Notes: generated by a model not told the origin, from the sequence alone. A DNA stretch of 64,000 bases from Mobula hypostoma (GCF_963921235.1 NC_086097.1:5022001-5086000); one strand, 5' to 3'; numbered from the stretch's first letter, positions 51,030 to 63,225 are shown. Numbers and translations: made by a program.

Positions 51030-51282
51030 ATTAGCATGGCAATATCACAGCTCGAGGTGTGGGAGTTTGGAGTTGAGTTCCATATCTGTCTGTAAGGAGT
51101 TTGTATGTCCTCCCCGTGTCCATGTGGGTTTCCCCTGGGTACTCCGCAGTCCAAAGGTGTACCAGTTAGTAGGTTAATTGGTCAGTGTAAATTGTCCCCT
51201 GTTTAGGGTGAACAGGTTGGTGGCAGTGTGGGGCAGTTCTTTAGGCTGGAAGGGCCTGTCGCTTGCAGTATTAATAAATAAG
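51030..51282 (+). mobile_element. V-SINE-like SINE
   Basis: GTGGGTTTCCCCTGGGTACTCCGCAGTCCAAAG...GGTTAATTGG. Confidence 0.75.
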
Positions 51283-51593
51283 ATTTAAAAATAAAATAAT
51301 TAGCCGTGTACATAATTAAAGCAGAAACACCATAAATTCTTTTTACATCGGAATTATTCATGAAGTTTACCTGCAGTATACTGCAATGTGCTTAGAATAT
51401 TGGCGTATGGAAATCTCAGTGTAATTCTATAGGACTTTGATGAAACTAAGTGGAATACTATGTGCAAGATATATCTTACATAAGGGAGAATAGTGGCAGT
51501 TTATCAATTGATCAATTGCTGATATAGATTGCTAATCTATGAAGACAGATTAAGTATGAGCTCCAAACTTCAGAAGAATGGGAGTTAGACGTT

Positions 51594-51835
51594 AAGTCAA
51601 GTCAAGTCAAGTCACTTTTTATTGTCATATCAACCATAACTGCTGGTACAGACCAAAATAAAACTGAGGTAATGTTTTCCAGGACCATGGTGCTACATGA
51701 AACAATACAAAAACTACACTGAACTACGTAAGAAAAAACACAAAAACTACACTAGACTACAGACCTATCCAGGACTGCAGAAAGTGAACAAAACAGTGCA
51801 GGCACTACAATAAATAATAATAAATAATAAATAGG
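51594..51835 (-). mobile_element. LINE-type 3' end with (GACTT)n tail
   Basis: (AAGTC)4 followed by TTTATT. Confidence 0.6.
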
Positions 51836-51969
51836 AACAAAATTAGACCATGACCCATCCACTCACTCTGCCACTCCAGCATAGCTGATAGGAGTACAGG
51901 AGCCTTAGCTCTCACATCACCAAGTTCAGGAACGGTTATTACCCCTCAACCATCAGGCTCCTAAACCAA

Positions 51970-52480
51970 AGGTTCAAAGGTACAATTTAATGTCAGAGAA
52001 ATGTATACAATATACATTCTGAAATGCCTTTTCTTCACAACCATCCACAAAAACAGAGGAGTGCCCCAAAGAATGAATGCCAGTTAAATTTTAGAACCCC
52101 AAAGTCCCCTCCCCAGCTACCCACTCCCACGTGTAAGCGGCAGCAAGCAACAATCTCCCTTCCCCCACCGGCAAAGAAAACATTGGCACCACCACCGAGC
52201 ACTCGGGCGTGAGCAAAGCAATGGCCAAGATGCGGACTTGCAGTTGCCCCAGAGACTTCACATTTCACCCGGTGTTCGACATACCACAGGTATTCTCTCT
52301 CCCTAACAAGGGAGAAAGAGATGTCTCCATTTTCCCAGCGAGCAGGGAGACATAACAAACAACTTGCTGGTTTACGATGTTATAAGTTCTTTACGTTGCT
52401 TTTTTCGAGCTCTGTGCCTGAAGATCGCAAAGATCCCGGGTCTCCAGGCACACAGCAGATATCCCAACTCCCCTGACGAC
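51970..52480 (-). mobile_element. Non-autonomous retroposon, relative of ~7460-8030
   Basis: Reverse-complement similarity (both give FNxHSFFxAxLCFCG pseudo-ORFs). Confidence 0.7.
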
Positions 52481-52932
52481 AAAAGGAATTACCGGAAGTT
52501 CAAGAAGTCAATGCTCATGCCATCAGACTTGAAGCTATCCGGGTAATTAAACCTGTTTAATGGGCCTAGGAATAGATTCTGGAAATGTCTACTTATTTTT
52601 AACAATACTTCATAAGTAGAATATCAATATCAATTGTAAAATCAACCTTAGGTGGTAGTGAATTAATCCGAAAAGAAAAAAATACATCATGTATTGTCAC
52701 AAGTCTCCACAAAGCTTCCATAACCTTGCCCTAGATTAGGTAGTCCCTGTGTATAAATTAAACGTGTTGGAATTGAATCATTTAAAATATGTTTCAATAC
52801 GAAAGGTAATACAATCCTGTCTTTCAATACCTTCAATCACTTAACCCCTCTTTTTGACCCAGGAATAATAATGTAGTTGAATTCTAGATGACCTCTGCAA
52901 TGGATTAACAAACTACTCTGTTTAAAGACAGT

Positions 52933-53473
52933 AACACACATAAAAGTTGCTGGTGAATGCAGCAGGCCAGGCAGCATCTCTTGGAAGAGGTACAGTTGAC
53001 GTTTCGGGCCGAGACCCTTCGTCAGGACTAACTGAAAGAAGAGCTAGTAAGAGATTTTAAAGTGGGAGGAGGAGGGGGAGATCCAAAATGATAGGAGAAG
53101 ATCTCTCTCTCCTTTTTCTCCTTCTGTCCCTCTCACTATACCCCTTGCCCATCCTCTGGGCTTCCCCCCTCCCCCTCTCTTTCTCCCTGGGCCTCCTGTC
53201 CCATGATTCTCTCATGTCCCTTTTGCCAATCACCTGTCCAGCTCTTGGCTCCATCCCTCCCCCTCCTGTCTTCTCCTATCATTTTGGATCTCCCCCTCCC
53301 CCTCCCACTTTCAAATCTCTTATTAGCTCTTCTTTCAGTTAGTCCTGACGAAGGGTCTCGGCCCAAAACGTCGACTGCACTTCTTCCTAGAGATGCTGCC
53401 TGGCCTGTTGCGTTCACCGGCAACTTTTATATGTGTTGCTTGAAATTCCAGCATCTGCAGATTTCCTCGTGGT
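52933..53473. mobile_element. Young palindromic Penelope-like insertion, non-coding
   Basis: ~165-bp inverted arms (52935-53100 vs ~53270-53436); hammerheads 52994-53029(-) and 53341-53376(+, GAAA>AAAA). Confidence 0.9.
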
Positions 53474-53859
53474 TGCAAGGACAGTAATGAACTGGCAACA
53501 TATGCATGTCTTGCCTGGGATTTCAGCAGGGCTTCAATAAATTAAATCCAGACTTTGGACAACAATTCGTTGTGCTGGTGGGCCATGTGGGGGAGAAAAT
53601 AATATGTAGGAACAAACAATATCACGTCCCTGATTCTTCATTTCCATAGCAGCTGTCTGACCTGAGTTCCTCCAGCATTTTGTGCGTGTTCCTCTTGATT
53701 TCCAGCCTCTGCAGAATCTCTTCTGTTTGTGATTTACTGTCCTGCACCCATTTGTTACAGAGAACTAACGCAGAATTCAAGAAGAGCAGATTGTGAATTC
53801 AATTTACATTGTCATACCAAACTTGCTTAAGCTGAAGGTTCAAGTACAAGTTTAATTAC

Positions 53860-53975
53860 AGGTGACGCAGTAGCAGAATATTTACAGTACAGACGATCCG
53901 GGTTCAATTCCCGTCTCTGCCTGTAAGGAGTTTGTACATTCTCCCCGTGACCGAGCGGGTTTCCCCTGGGTGCTA
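53860..53975 (+). mobile_element. V-SINE-like 5' fragment
   Basis: B box GGTTCAATTCC; GGGTTTCCCCTGGGTGCT. Confidence 0.7.
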
Positions 53976-54237
53976 CAATCAATCTATGTCTATAAGCTAA
54001 CTCATGTATTTATATTATTATGTTTTTCTTACCTTGTGTTTTTTGTGTGTTTTACATTTGATTTGGAGTAACAATTATTTTGTTTCCTTTACATGTGTGT
54101 ATTCGAAAGGACATTAAACAGCCCTGAATCTTGAATTTTCTGACCTATATTTGTCCCTGAACTAATATTAACATTTTGCAATATGTGGCAGAGGCAAACT
54201 CCAATTTGGCTGCTGTTGTTCTGCATTGCAACAATAA

Positions 54238-55376
54238 CTATAGAACATAGAACAGTACAGCGCAGTACAGGCCCTTCGGCCCATAATGTTGTGCCAACCC
54301 TCAAACCCTGCCTCCCATATAAGCCCCCACCTTAAATTCCTCCATATACCTGTCTAGTAGTCTCTTAAACTTCACTAGTGTATCTGCCTCCACCACTGAC
54401 TCAGGCAGTGCATTCCACGCACCAACCACTCTCTGAGTAAAAAACCTTCCTCTAATATCCCCCTTGAACTTCCCACCCCTTACCTTAAAGCCGTGTCCTC
54501 TTGTATTGAGCAGTGGTGCCCTGGGGAAGAGGCGCTGGCTATCCACTCTATCTATTCCTCTTATTATCTTGTACACCTCTATCATGTCTCCTCTCATCCT
54601 CCTTCTCTCCAAAGAGTAAAGCCCTAGCTCCTTTAATCTCTGATCATAATGCATACTCTCTAAACCAGGCAGCATCCTGGTAAATCTCCTCTGTGCCCTT
54701 TCCAATGCATCCACATCCTTCCTATAGTGAGGTGACCAGAACTGGACACAGTGCTCCAAGTGTGGCCTAACCAGAGTTTTATAGAGCTGCATCATTACAT
54801 CGCGACTCTTAAACTCTATCCCTCGACTTATGAAAGCTAACACCCCATAAGCTTTCTTAACTACCCTATCCACCTGTGAGGCAACTTTCAGGGATCTGTG
54901 GACATGTACCCCGAGATCCCTCTGCTCCTCCACACTACCAAGTATCCTGCCATTTACTTTGTACTCTGCCTTGGAGTTTGTCCTTCCAAAGTGTACCACC
55001 TCACACTTCTCCGGGTTGAACTCCATCTGCCACTTCTGAGCCCACTCCTGCATCCTATCAATGTCTCTCTGCAATCTTTGACAATCCTCTACACTATCTA
55101 CTACACCACCAACCTTTGTGTTGTCTGCAAACTTGCCAACCCACCCTTCTACCCCCACATCCAGGTCGTTAATAAAAATCATGAAAAGTAGAGGTTCCAG
55201 AACGGATCCTTGTGGGACACCACTAGTCACAATCCTCCAATCTGAATGCACTCCCTCCACCACCACCCTCTGCCTTCTGCAGGCAAGCCAATTCTGAATC
55301 CACCTGGCCAAACTTCCCTGGATCCCATGCCTTCTGACTTTCTGAATAAGCCTACCGTGTGGAACCTTGTCAAATG
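54238..55376 (-). mobile_element. Young 5'-truncated CR1 (family B) with open RT C-half
   Basis: 336-aa ORF 54301..55311 uninterrupted; (ATAGAAC)n tail. Confidence 0.96.
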
Positions 55377-55387
55377 CATATGAAGGT

Positions 55388-55927
55388 ATACACAGTGGAC
55401 AGTATATTAGGTATCTCCTGTACCTGATAAAATGGCCACTGAGTGTATGTTCAAGGTCTTCTGCTGCTGTAGTACTTCCACTTCAGGGGCTGACAAGTTA
55501 TGCATTCGGTGATGCACTTCTGCACACTCCTGTTGTAATTTGTGGTTATTTGAGTTACAGTCACCTTCCTGTCAGCTTGAACCAATCTGGCCATTCTCCT
55601 CTGAACTCTCTCATTAACAAGGCATTTTTCCCCTCAGAACTGCCGCTCACTGGATGTTGTTTTTCGCAGCAGTCCCTGTAAATTCTCGAGACTGTTATGT
55701 ATAAATGTCCCAGGAGATCAGCAGTTTCTGAGATACTCAGACCACCCTATCTGACACCAACAATCATTTCATGGTCAAAGTTGCTGAGATCACATTTCTT
55801 CCCCATTCTGATGTTTGGTCTGAACAACAACTGAACCTACATGTTTTTTGTGCACATGATTGGCTGATTAGATATTTGCATTAACAAGAAGGTATACAAG
55901 TGTACCTAATAAAGTGGCCACTGAGGG
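55388..55927 (-). mobile_element. Decayed Tc1/mariner-type element, relative of 34799-35322
   Basis: GTACCTAATAAAGTGGCCACTGAG TIR-like end; reverse similarity to 34850-35070. Confidence 0.8.
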
Positions 55928-57189
55928 TCTATTACCTGGGCCGTGCTTTGGAATGTCCTGAAACTGCGATGAAATGATTAAAATCAGGTTTAATATCACC
56001 CGCTTATATTGTGAAATTGCTCACCCTCTGCACTTCTGATCCCTCAATGACGACTGGTGTGTGTTTAATGATAATTAAATTCAAATTTTTCTTACTCCAA
56101 ACCGAAATGACTCTTTCACAATAGCCTGGTTTATAAAGTGCATTGCTTTTAAGAGAACAGATGTTTTAGTGATAAGCATTTTGTATTGAATGAAAATATT
56201 TCAAAAATCAAATTGAATTGAAGTTAGAGATGAGAAGAGTGCTCTGCTTTGCCATGGCAATTTGTATGCAGAGTGCTGTTTATTTCCCTTTTAACAAGCC
56301 TTTATGTGATTTCAGTATGTTGCCTGATGAAAGTTGAATTATATTTAACAAATGACTCATGAAAGAGAATAAATCACTTTCCTGTTTAGTCTGCACATTC
56401 AAAATGTCCTATTTTGCCGAGGCTGCTTCTGGCAAAATAGCACGTCAAGTACATGGTCAAGAAATGCTTCATTTTCAAATGGCACCTTAATGATCCTCCC
56501 AAGAGTATTCCTCGGAAGTGCATAACAATGCAGCAGTATGTCTGTGTCCTTTAATTTGAATGACAGCTTAATCGTCAAGAAGAGACAGTTTATTGCAAAG
56601 CAGCAGTGTTTTCTCTCTGTGTTCATGGTTTAATAGTAATCATATTATCCGCTACAACAGAAAAAGCACCCACAATCATGAGATTTAGCCATGTATAAGA
56701 TTTGAAGTATTTGCAAGTATTCTTGAAAATTAGTAAATTTTAACATTAGCTTAACATTGGTGGTGAGGAGGGCAAATGCAATGATAGCATCATTTCGAGA
56801 AAAATGGAATATAAATCGCAGAATATAAACTCTTCACAAGAATGAGGCTACAGAACGGCTTAGATTAGGAGAATGGACAACGAAGTGGCGAATGGAATAC
56901 GGTGTCGGGAGGTGTACGGTCATGTGCTTTGGTAGAAGAAATGATTGACTACTTTTTAAATGGAGAGAAAATACAAAAAGCTAAGGTGAAAGGGGACTTG
57001 GGAATCTTTGTGCAGGATACTCTAAAGGTTAATTTGCAGGTTGAGCTGGTGCGAGGAAGGCAAATACAATGTTAGCATTCCTTTCAAGAGGACTAACATA
57101 TAAAAACAAAGATGTAATATTGAAACTTTATGAAACACTGAGGAGGCCTCACTTGGAGTATTGTGAGCAGTTTTGGGCCTCTTATCATA

Positions 57190-57701
57190 AGGCTGATTTA
57201 TACTTCTGCATCAAATAGACGCCGTAGGTATGGTGTCACCGTGATCCCTACGCGGAGCCTACGCGGATCCCTACACCGTAGCCTAATGCGCACCTCTCCC
57301 AAAATGTAACTACGTGTCGCAGCAATGCAGACCGAAACAACTGTGATTGGTCCGTTTGGTCGCATTGCATTTCCTCCTACACTGCAATAGCTTCCCATTG
57401 GGCGACTGAAGGGCAGGGAAGGAACTCTGGCTGTAATGCTTTCCATAAAGCTTCACAGACCTCCGAAATTATGGACACGTTTTGCTTTTATGAAAGAAGT
57501 TGCCCGCTTTAAACTTGTTTACCCCGAGAATGACTACCATGACCCTGAAGCCTTGCGCGGGCAGGTGTGTGCGCATGCGCGACTTGCCCGAATTGCAGAG
57601 CGACGCAGACACAACAACGCACAAGTATAAATGCTCAGAACATGCGTAGGCCACTTGCGTCGGTTACGGCATCCATTTGACCCACTGGTATAAATCAGCC
57701 T
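57190..57701. mobile_element. PIF/Harbinger-type MITE
   Basis: Perfect 14-bp TIR AGGCTGATTTATAC/GTATAAATCAGCCT with imperfect extension; flanks ATA/TTA; host CTTATC-TTA-GAAAGG rejoins. Confidence 0.85.
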
Positions 57702-57900
57702 TTAGAAAGGATATGCTGAAACTGTAGAAGGTTCAAAGGAGATTCATGAAAATGATTCCAGGATTGAATGGCTTGTCATATGAAGAGTGTTTGATGGCTC
57801 TGGGCCTGTAATCACTGGAATTCAGAAGAATGAGGGGTGACCTCATGGAAACCCATTGAATGGTGAAACGCCTTGATAGAGTGGATGTGGAGAGGATGTT

Positions 57901-58740
57901 TCATAGTCATAGTCATAGTCATACTTTATTGATCCCGGGGGAAAGTGGTTTTTGTTACAGTTGCACCATAAATAATAAATAGTAATAAAACCATAAATAG
58001 TTAAATAGTAATATGTAAATTATGCCAGGAAATAAGTCCAGGACCAGCCTATTGGCTCAGGGTGTCTGACCCCCCAAGGGAGGAGTTGTAAAGTTTGATG
58101 GCCACAGGCAGGAATGACTTCCTATGACGCTCTGTGCTGCATCTCGGTGGAATGAGTCTCTGGCTGAATGTACTCCTGTGCCCACCCAGTACATTATGTA
58201 GTGGATGGGAGACATTGTCCAAGATGGCATGCAACTTGGACAGCATCCTCTTTTCAGACACCACCGTCAGAGAGTCCAGTTCCATCCCCACAACATCACT
58301 GGCCTTACGGATGAGTTTGTTGATTCTGTTGGTGTCTGCTACCCTCAGCCTGCTGCCCCAGCACACAACAGCAAACATGATAGCACTGGCCACCACAGAC
58401 TCGTAGAACATCCTCAGCATCGTCCGGCAGGTGTTAAAGGACCTCAGTCTCCTCAGGAAATAGAGACGGCTCTGACCCTTCTTGTAGACAGCCTCAGTGT
58501 TCTTTGACCAGTCCAGTTTATTGTCAATTCGTATCCCCAGGTATTTGTAATCGTCCACCATGTCCACACTGACCCCCTGGATGGAAACAGGGGTCACCAG
58601 TGCCTTAGCTCTCCTCAGGTTTACCATCAGCTCCTTAGTCTTTTTCACATTAAGCTGCAGATAATTCTGCTCACACCATGTGACGAAGTTTCCCACCGTA
58701 GCCCTGTACTCAGCCTCATCTCCCTTGCTGATGCATCCGA
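57901..58740 (-). mobile_element. Young 5'-truncated Rex1/Babar LINE with (ATGACT)n tail
   Basis: LNVKKTKEL, YKYLG, RLYFLRRLRSF, SFLPVAIKLYN open in ORF 58049..58864. Confidence 0.93.
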
Positions 58741-59281
58741 CTATGGTGGGAGAGTCTAAGACCAGAGGACACAGCCTCAGAATAACAGGGGGATGAGCAG
58801 GGTTTTCTTTAGTCAGAGTGGTGAATCTGTGGAAATCTTTACCACAGGCAGCTGTGGAGGCCAAGTCCTTACGTATATTTAAGGCAGATGTAGATAGATT
58901 ATTTATTTGTCAGGGTATGAAGGGAAACAGTGAGAAGGTAGGAGATTAGGGCTGAGTAGAAAATTGGATTAGCCATGGTGAAATGTTGAGCAAACTCGAT
59001 GGGCCAAATGGCTGAATTCTGTTCCTGCACAGAATCGGCTGGTCTTACGGTCTTATAAAAGCAAGGATGTAATGTTCAGGCTTTTTAAAGAACATAATAA
59101 CACGCCATAATAATATGGAGAATTCTGAGTAGTTTTGGGCCCCTTATTTAAGAAAGGATATATTGACGTTGGAGAGAGTTCAAAGAAGGTTCACAAAAAT
59201 TGATTCCAGGATTGAATGGCTTGTCATATGAGGCTCTGAACCTGTACTCACTGGAATTCAGAATTCATAGAAATGAATTGA

Positions 59282-59360
59282 ATACACACACAGACACAAA
59301 TACAAGCACATACAAGCATACACACAGACTCACACACACAAAGAGTCACAGAAATAGACA

Positions 59361-59407
<47 letters not shown>

Positions 59408-59455
59408 TCATACACACTGACACATAGTCACACACACAAAAACACACACTCTCAG

Positions 59456-59514
<59 letters not shown>

Positions 59515-59700
59515 CACAAACACACACACATATACAGACATACACAGGCATACACAGACTCACGCACAGTCTCACACAGCCACACAATCACAAGCACATA
59601 CACACACACAGTCACATGCACACAGACAACACATTCACACCACAGTCACACACACATACACAGACACACAAACACACACACAGCTACGTACACTTACCCA
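59282..59700. repeat. (CA)n-rich low-complexity tract
   Basis: Directly visible. Confidence 0.95.
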
Positions 59701-59705
59701 TACAT

Positions 59706-59935
59706 ATAGAATCCAGGGAAGTTTGGCCAAGTGGATTCAGAATTGGCTTGCCTGCAAAAGGCAGAGGGTGGTGGTGGAGGGAGTACATTTGGATCGGAGG
59801 GTTGTGACTAGTGGTGTCCCACAAGAATCAGTTCTGGGACCTCTACTTTTCGTGATTTTTATTAATGACCTGGATGTGGGGGTGGAAGGGTGGGTTGGCA
59901 AGTTTGCAGACGACACAAAGGTTGGTGGTGTTGTG
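59706..59935 (+). mobile_element. Internal CR1 family-B RT fragment
   Basis: WIQNWLAC...[10 protein letters not shown]...FADDTK. Confidence 0.9.
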
Positions 59936-61006
59936 GACCAGGGAGTCGCAGAGGGAACGGTCCCTGAGGAAAGCGGAGAGGGGTAGACCCTACCACTAAG
60001 CATATCATTCCCTCTCTACCCCTGACGAAGGGTCTCGGCCTGAAACATCGACTGCGCCTCTTCCTAGAGATGCCGCCTGGCCTGCTGCGTTCACCAGCAA
60101 CTTTGATGTGTGTTGCTTGAATTTCCAGCATCTGCAGAATTCCTGTTGTTTTCCTCTCTATCCCCCTCCGCTTTCTGCAGGGATCGTTCCGTCCGCGACT
60201 CCCTGGTCCACATGTCCGTCCCCACGGATCTCCCACCCAGCACTTATCCCTGCAAGTGTAACTGCTACACCTGTCCCTACACCTCCTCTCTTGCCACCAT
60301 TCAGGGCCCCAAACAGTCCTTCCAGGTGAGGCAACACTTCCCTTGTGAGTCTTTTGGGGTCATTTATAGCATTCGGTGCTCCCGGTGCGGCCTCCTCTAC
60401 ATCGGTGAAACCCGACGCAGATTGGGGGACCGCTTTGTCGAGCACCTCCGCTCCGTCTGCCACAACAGACAGGATCTCCCAGTAGCCACCTACTTTAACT
60501 CTGCTTCCCACTCCCATTCAGATATGTCCATACATGGCCTCCTCTACTGCCATGATGAGGCCAAACTCAGGCTGGAGGAGCAACACCTCATACACCATCT
60601 AGGTAGTCTCCAGCCCCTTGGTATGAACACAGAATTCTCCAACTTCCGGTAATTCCCTCCCCCTCCCTTCCCCTATCCCTATTTCACTCTGCCCCCTCCC
60701 CCAGCTGCCTATCACCTCCCTCATGGTTCCGCCTCCTTCTATTACCCATTGTGCTTTCCCCTATTCCTTCTTCACCTTTCCTGCCCATCCCCTCCCTGCC
60801 TTCCTTCCCCACCCCTTTATCTTTCCCCTTACTGGTTTTTCACCTGGAACCTACCAGCCTTCTCCTTCCCACCCTCCCCCCACCTTCTTTATAGGGCTTC
60901 TGCCCCTTCCCTCTACAGTCCCGATGAAGGGTCTCAGCCCGAAACGTTGACTGTTCATTTCCACGGATGCTGCCCGACCTGCTGAGTTCCTCCAGCGTGT
61001 TGTGAG
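59933..61006 (+). mobile_element. Penelope-like element 3' part with inverted 5' segment and nested PLE tail (60021-60152)
   Basis: 59933-59986 is an inverted copy of ~60158-60211; hammerheads at 60022 and 60916. Confidence 0.9.
60153..60652 (+). pseudogene. Penelope GIY-YIG endonuclease domain, 5'-truncated, frame open
   Basis: GVIYSIRCSRCGLLYIGETRRRLGDRFVEH...EEQHLI...GMN; upstream CKCNCYTC cysteine motif. Confidence 0.9.
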
Positions 61007-61635
61007 TGTTCCTCTGTACCTACTTCCAAGTGCCTTAAAACTGTGCCCTCTCATGGCAGCCATTGCAGCCCCGGGGAAAAGCCTCCGACTATCTACACAA
61101 TCAATGCCTCTCATTATCTTGTACACTTCTATCAGGTCACCTCTCATCCTCCACCACTCCAAGAAGAGGCTGAGTTCACTCAGCCTATTCTCATAAGGCA
61201 TGCTCCCCAATCCAGGCAACATCCTTGTAAATCTCCTCTGCACCCTTTCTATGGTTTCCACATCCTTCCTGTAGTGAGGCGACCAGAATTGAGCACAGTA
61301 CTCCAAGTGGAGTCTGAACAGGGTCCTATATAGCTGCAACATTACCTCTTGGCTCTTAAACTCAATCCCACTATTGATGAAGGCCAATACACTGTATGCC
61401 TTCTTAATCACAGAGCATCCTGACGAAGGGTCTCGGCCTGAAACGTTGACTGCACCTCTTCCTAGAGATGCTGCCTGGCCTGCTGCGTTCACCAGCAACT
61501 TTTATGTGTGTTGTCAACCTGCGTAGCGGCTTTGCATGTCCTATGGACTCGGACCCCAGATCCCTCTGATCCTCCACACTGCCAAGAGTCTTGCTATTAA
61601 TACTATATTCTGCCATCATATTTGACCTACCAAAT
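61007..61635 (-). mobile_element. CR1 family-A fragment with ~98-bp PLE hammerhead cassette at 61416-61513
   Basis: Host CACAGAG|TCAACCTG rejoins; insert begins CATCCTGACGAAGGGTCTCGGCCTGAAACGTTGACT. Confidence 0.9.
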
Positions 61636-61664
61636 CTTGTACTGTTTTTCACTAAGTGCTAATC

Positions 61665-63225
61665 TCATCCTCAGCAACCACTGAGGTCAGGCTAACTGGT
61701 CTATAATTTCCTGTCTGCTGCCTCCTTCCTTTTCTTCAAAAGTGGAGTGACATTTGCAATTTTCCAGTCCTCCAGAACCATGCCAGAGTCCAATGATTCT
61801 TGAAAGACTATTACTATGACTATGACACCAACAGAATCAACAAACTCATTCGTAAGGCCAGTGATGTTGTGGGGATGGAACTGGACTCTCTGACGGTGGT
61901 GTCTGAAAAGAGGATGCTGTCCAAGTTGCATGCCATCTTGGACAATGTCTCCCATCCACTACATAATGTACTGGTTGGGCACAGGAGTACATTCAGCCAG
62001 AGACTCATTCCACCGAGATGCAACACTGAGCGTCATAGGAAGTCATTCCTGCCTGTGGCCATCAAACTTTACAACTCCTCCCTTGGAGGGTCAGACACCC
62101 TGAGCCAATAGGCTGGTCCTGGATTTTTTTCATAATTTACTGGCATAATTTACATATTACTATTTAACTATTTATGGTTCTATTACTATTTATTATTTAG
62201 GGTGCAACTGTAACGAAAACCAATTTCCTCTGGGATCAATAAAGTATGACTATGACTATGACTATGACTACTAATGCCTCCATAATCTCTACTGTTACCT
62301 TTTTTCAGAACCCAATGGTACAGTTCATCTGGTCCGTGTGATTTATGTAAATTTAGGTCTTTCAGCTTTTTGAGCCTCTTCTCCCTTGTAAAAGTAACTC
62401 CACCCCTTTCTTCCCTTGCATCCTTCAACATCTGGCACACTGCTAGAGTTTTCCACAGTGAAGACTGATGCAAAATACTCATTAATTCATCTGCCATCTC
62501 CTTGTCCCCCATTGTCATTTCTCTGGCCTAATTTTCAAGCTGTCCTATATCCACTCTCATCTCTCTTTTATTTTTATATGCTTGATATTGTTTGTGAGCT
62601 TGCTTTTGTATTTCATCTTTTACCACTTAATAATTATTTTAGTTGCTTTCTATAGGTTTTTAAAGCCTTCCCAATCCTCCATCTTTCAGCTAATTTTTGC
62701 TTTGTTGTGTAATTTCTTTTTTGCTTTTACATTAGCTTTTAATTCCCTTGTCAGCCACGCTTGGATTGTTTTGCTATTTGAGTATTTCTTTGTTTTTGGA
62801 ATATATCTATCCTGCATCTTCCTCATTTTTCCCAGAAACTCAAGCCATTGCTGCTCTGCTGTCATCTCTGCCAGTATCTCCTTCCAATTTACTTTGGCCA
62901 GCTCCTTTCTCACAGCACTGTAATTTTTTTTACTGCTCTGAGATACTGCTACATCAGATTTTACTTCCTCCCTATAAAACTTCAAGTTGATCTCAATGAT
63001 ATTGTGACCACTGCCTCCTAAGGATTCCTCTACCTTAAACTCTCTAATCACCTCCAGTTCATTACATAATGTCCAATCCAGTGTAGCTGATCCCCTCGTA
63101 GGTTCAAGAACAAACTGCTCAGAAAAGCCATTTTGTAGACATTCAACAAATTCACTCTCTTAAGATCCATTACCAAGCTGATTTTTCCAATCTACGTGCC
63201 TGTTATAATCTCCCATGATGATCAT
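61665..63225 (-). mobile_element. Old CR1 ORF2 fragment (APE end to pre-RT) split by a Rex1 insertion
   Basis: ORFs 62686..63051 and 62186..62518; EDWKIANVTP. Confidence 0.85.
61815..62270 (+). mobile_element. Young Rex1 3' fragment, near-identical to 57901-58340
   Basis: ORF 61800..62111 matches C-terminus of 58049..58864; AATAAAGT(ATGACT)4 tail. Confidence 0.93.

Larger units (their letters stand above)
56745..59265 (+). mobile_element. Old CR1 fragments hosting a MITE and a Rex1 insertion
   Basis: RPHLEYCEQFW at ~57143; resumes 57702-57900 and 58741-59050. Confidence 0.82.

Noticed and set aside
58049..58864. 271-aa ORF as a single gene
   Set aside because: Chimera of antisense CR1 sequence and a truncated Rex1 RT C-terminus
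60851..61498. 215-aa ORF
   Set aside because: Accidental read-through across a PLE tail, a CR1 fragment and another PLE tail
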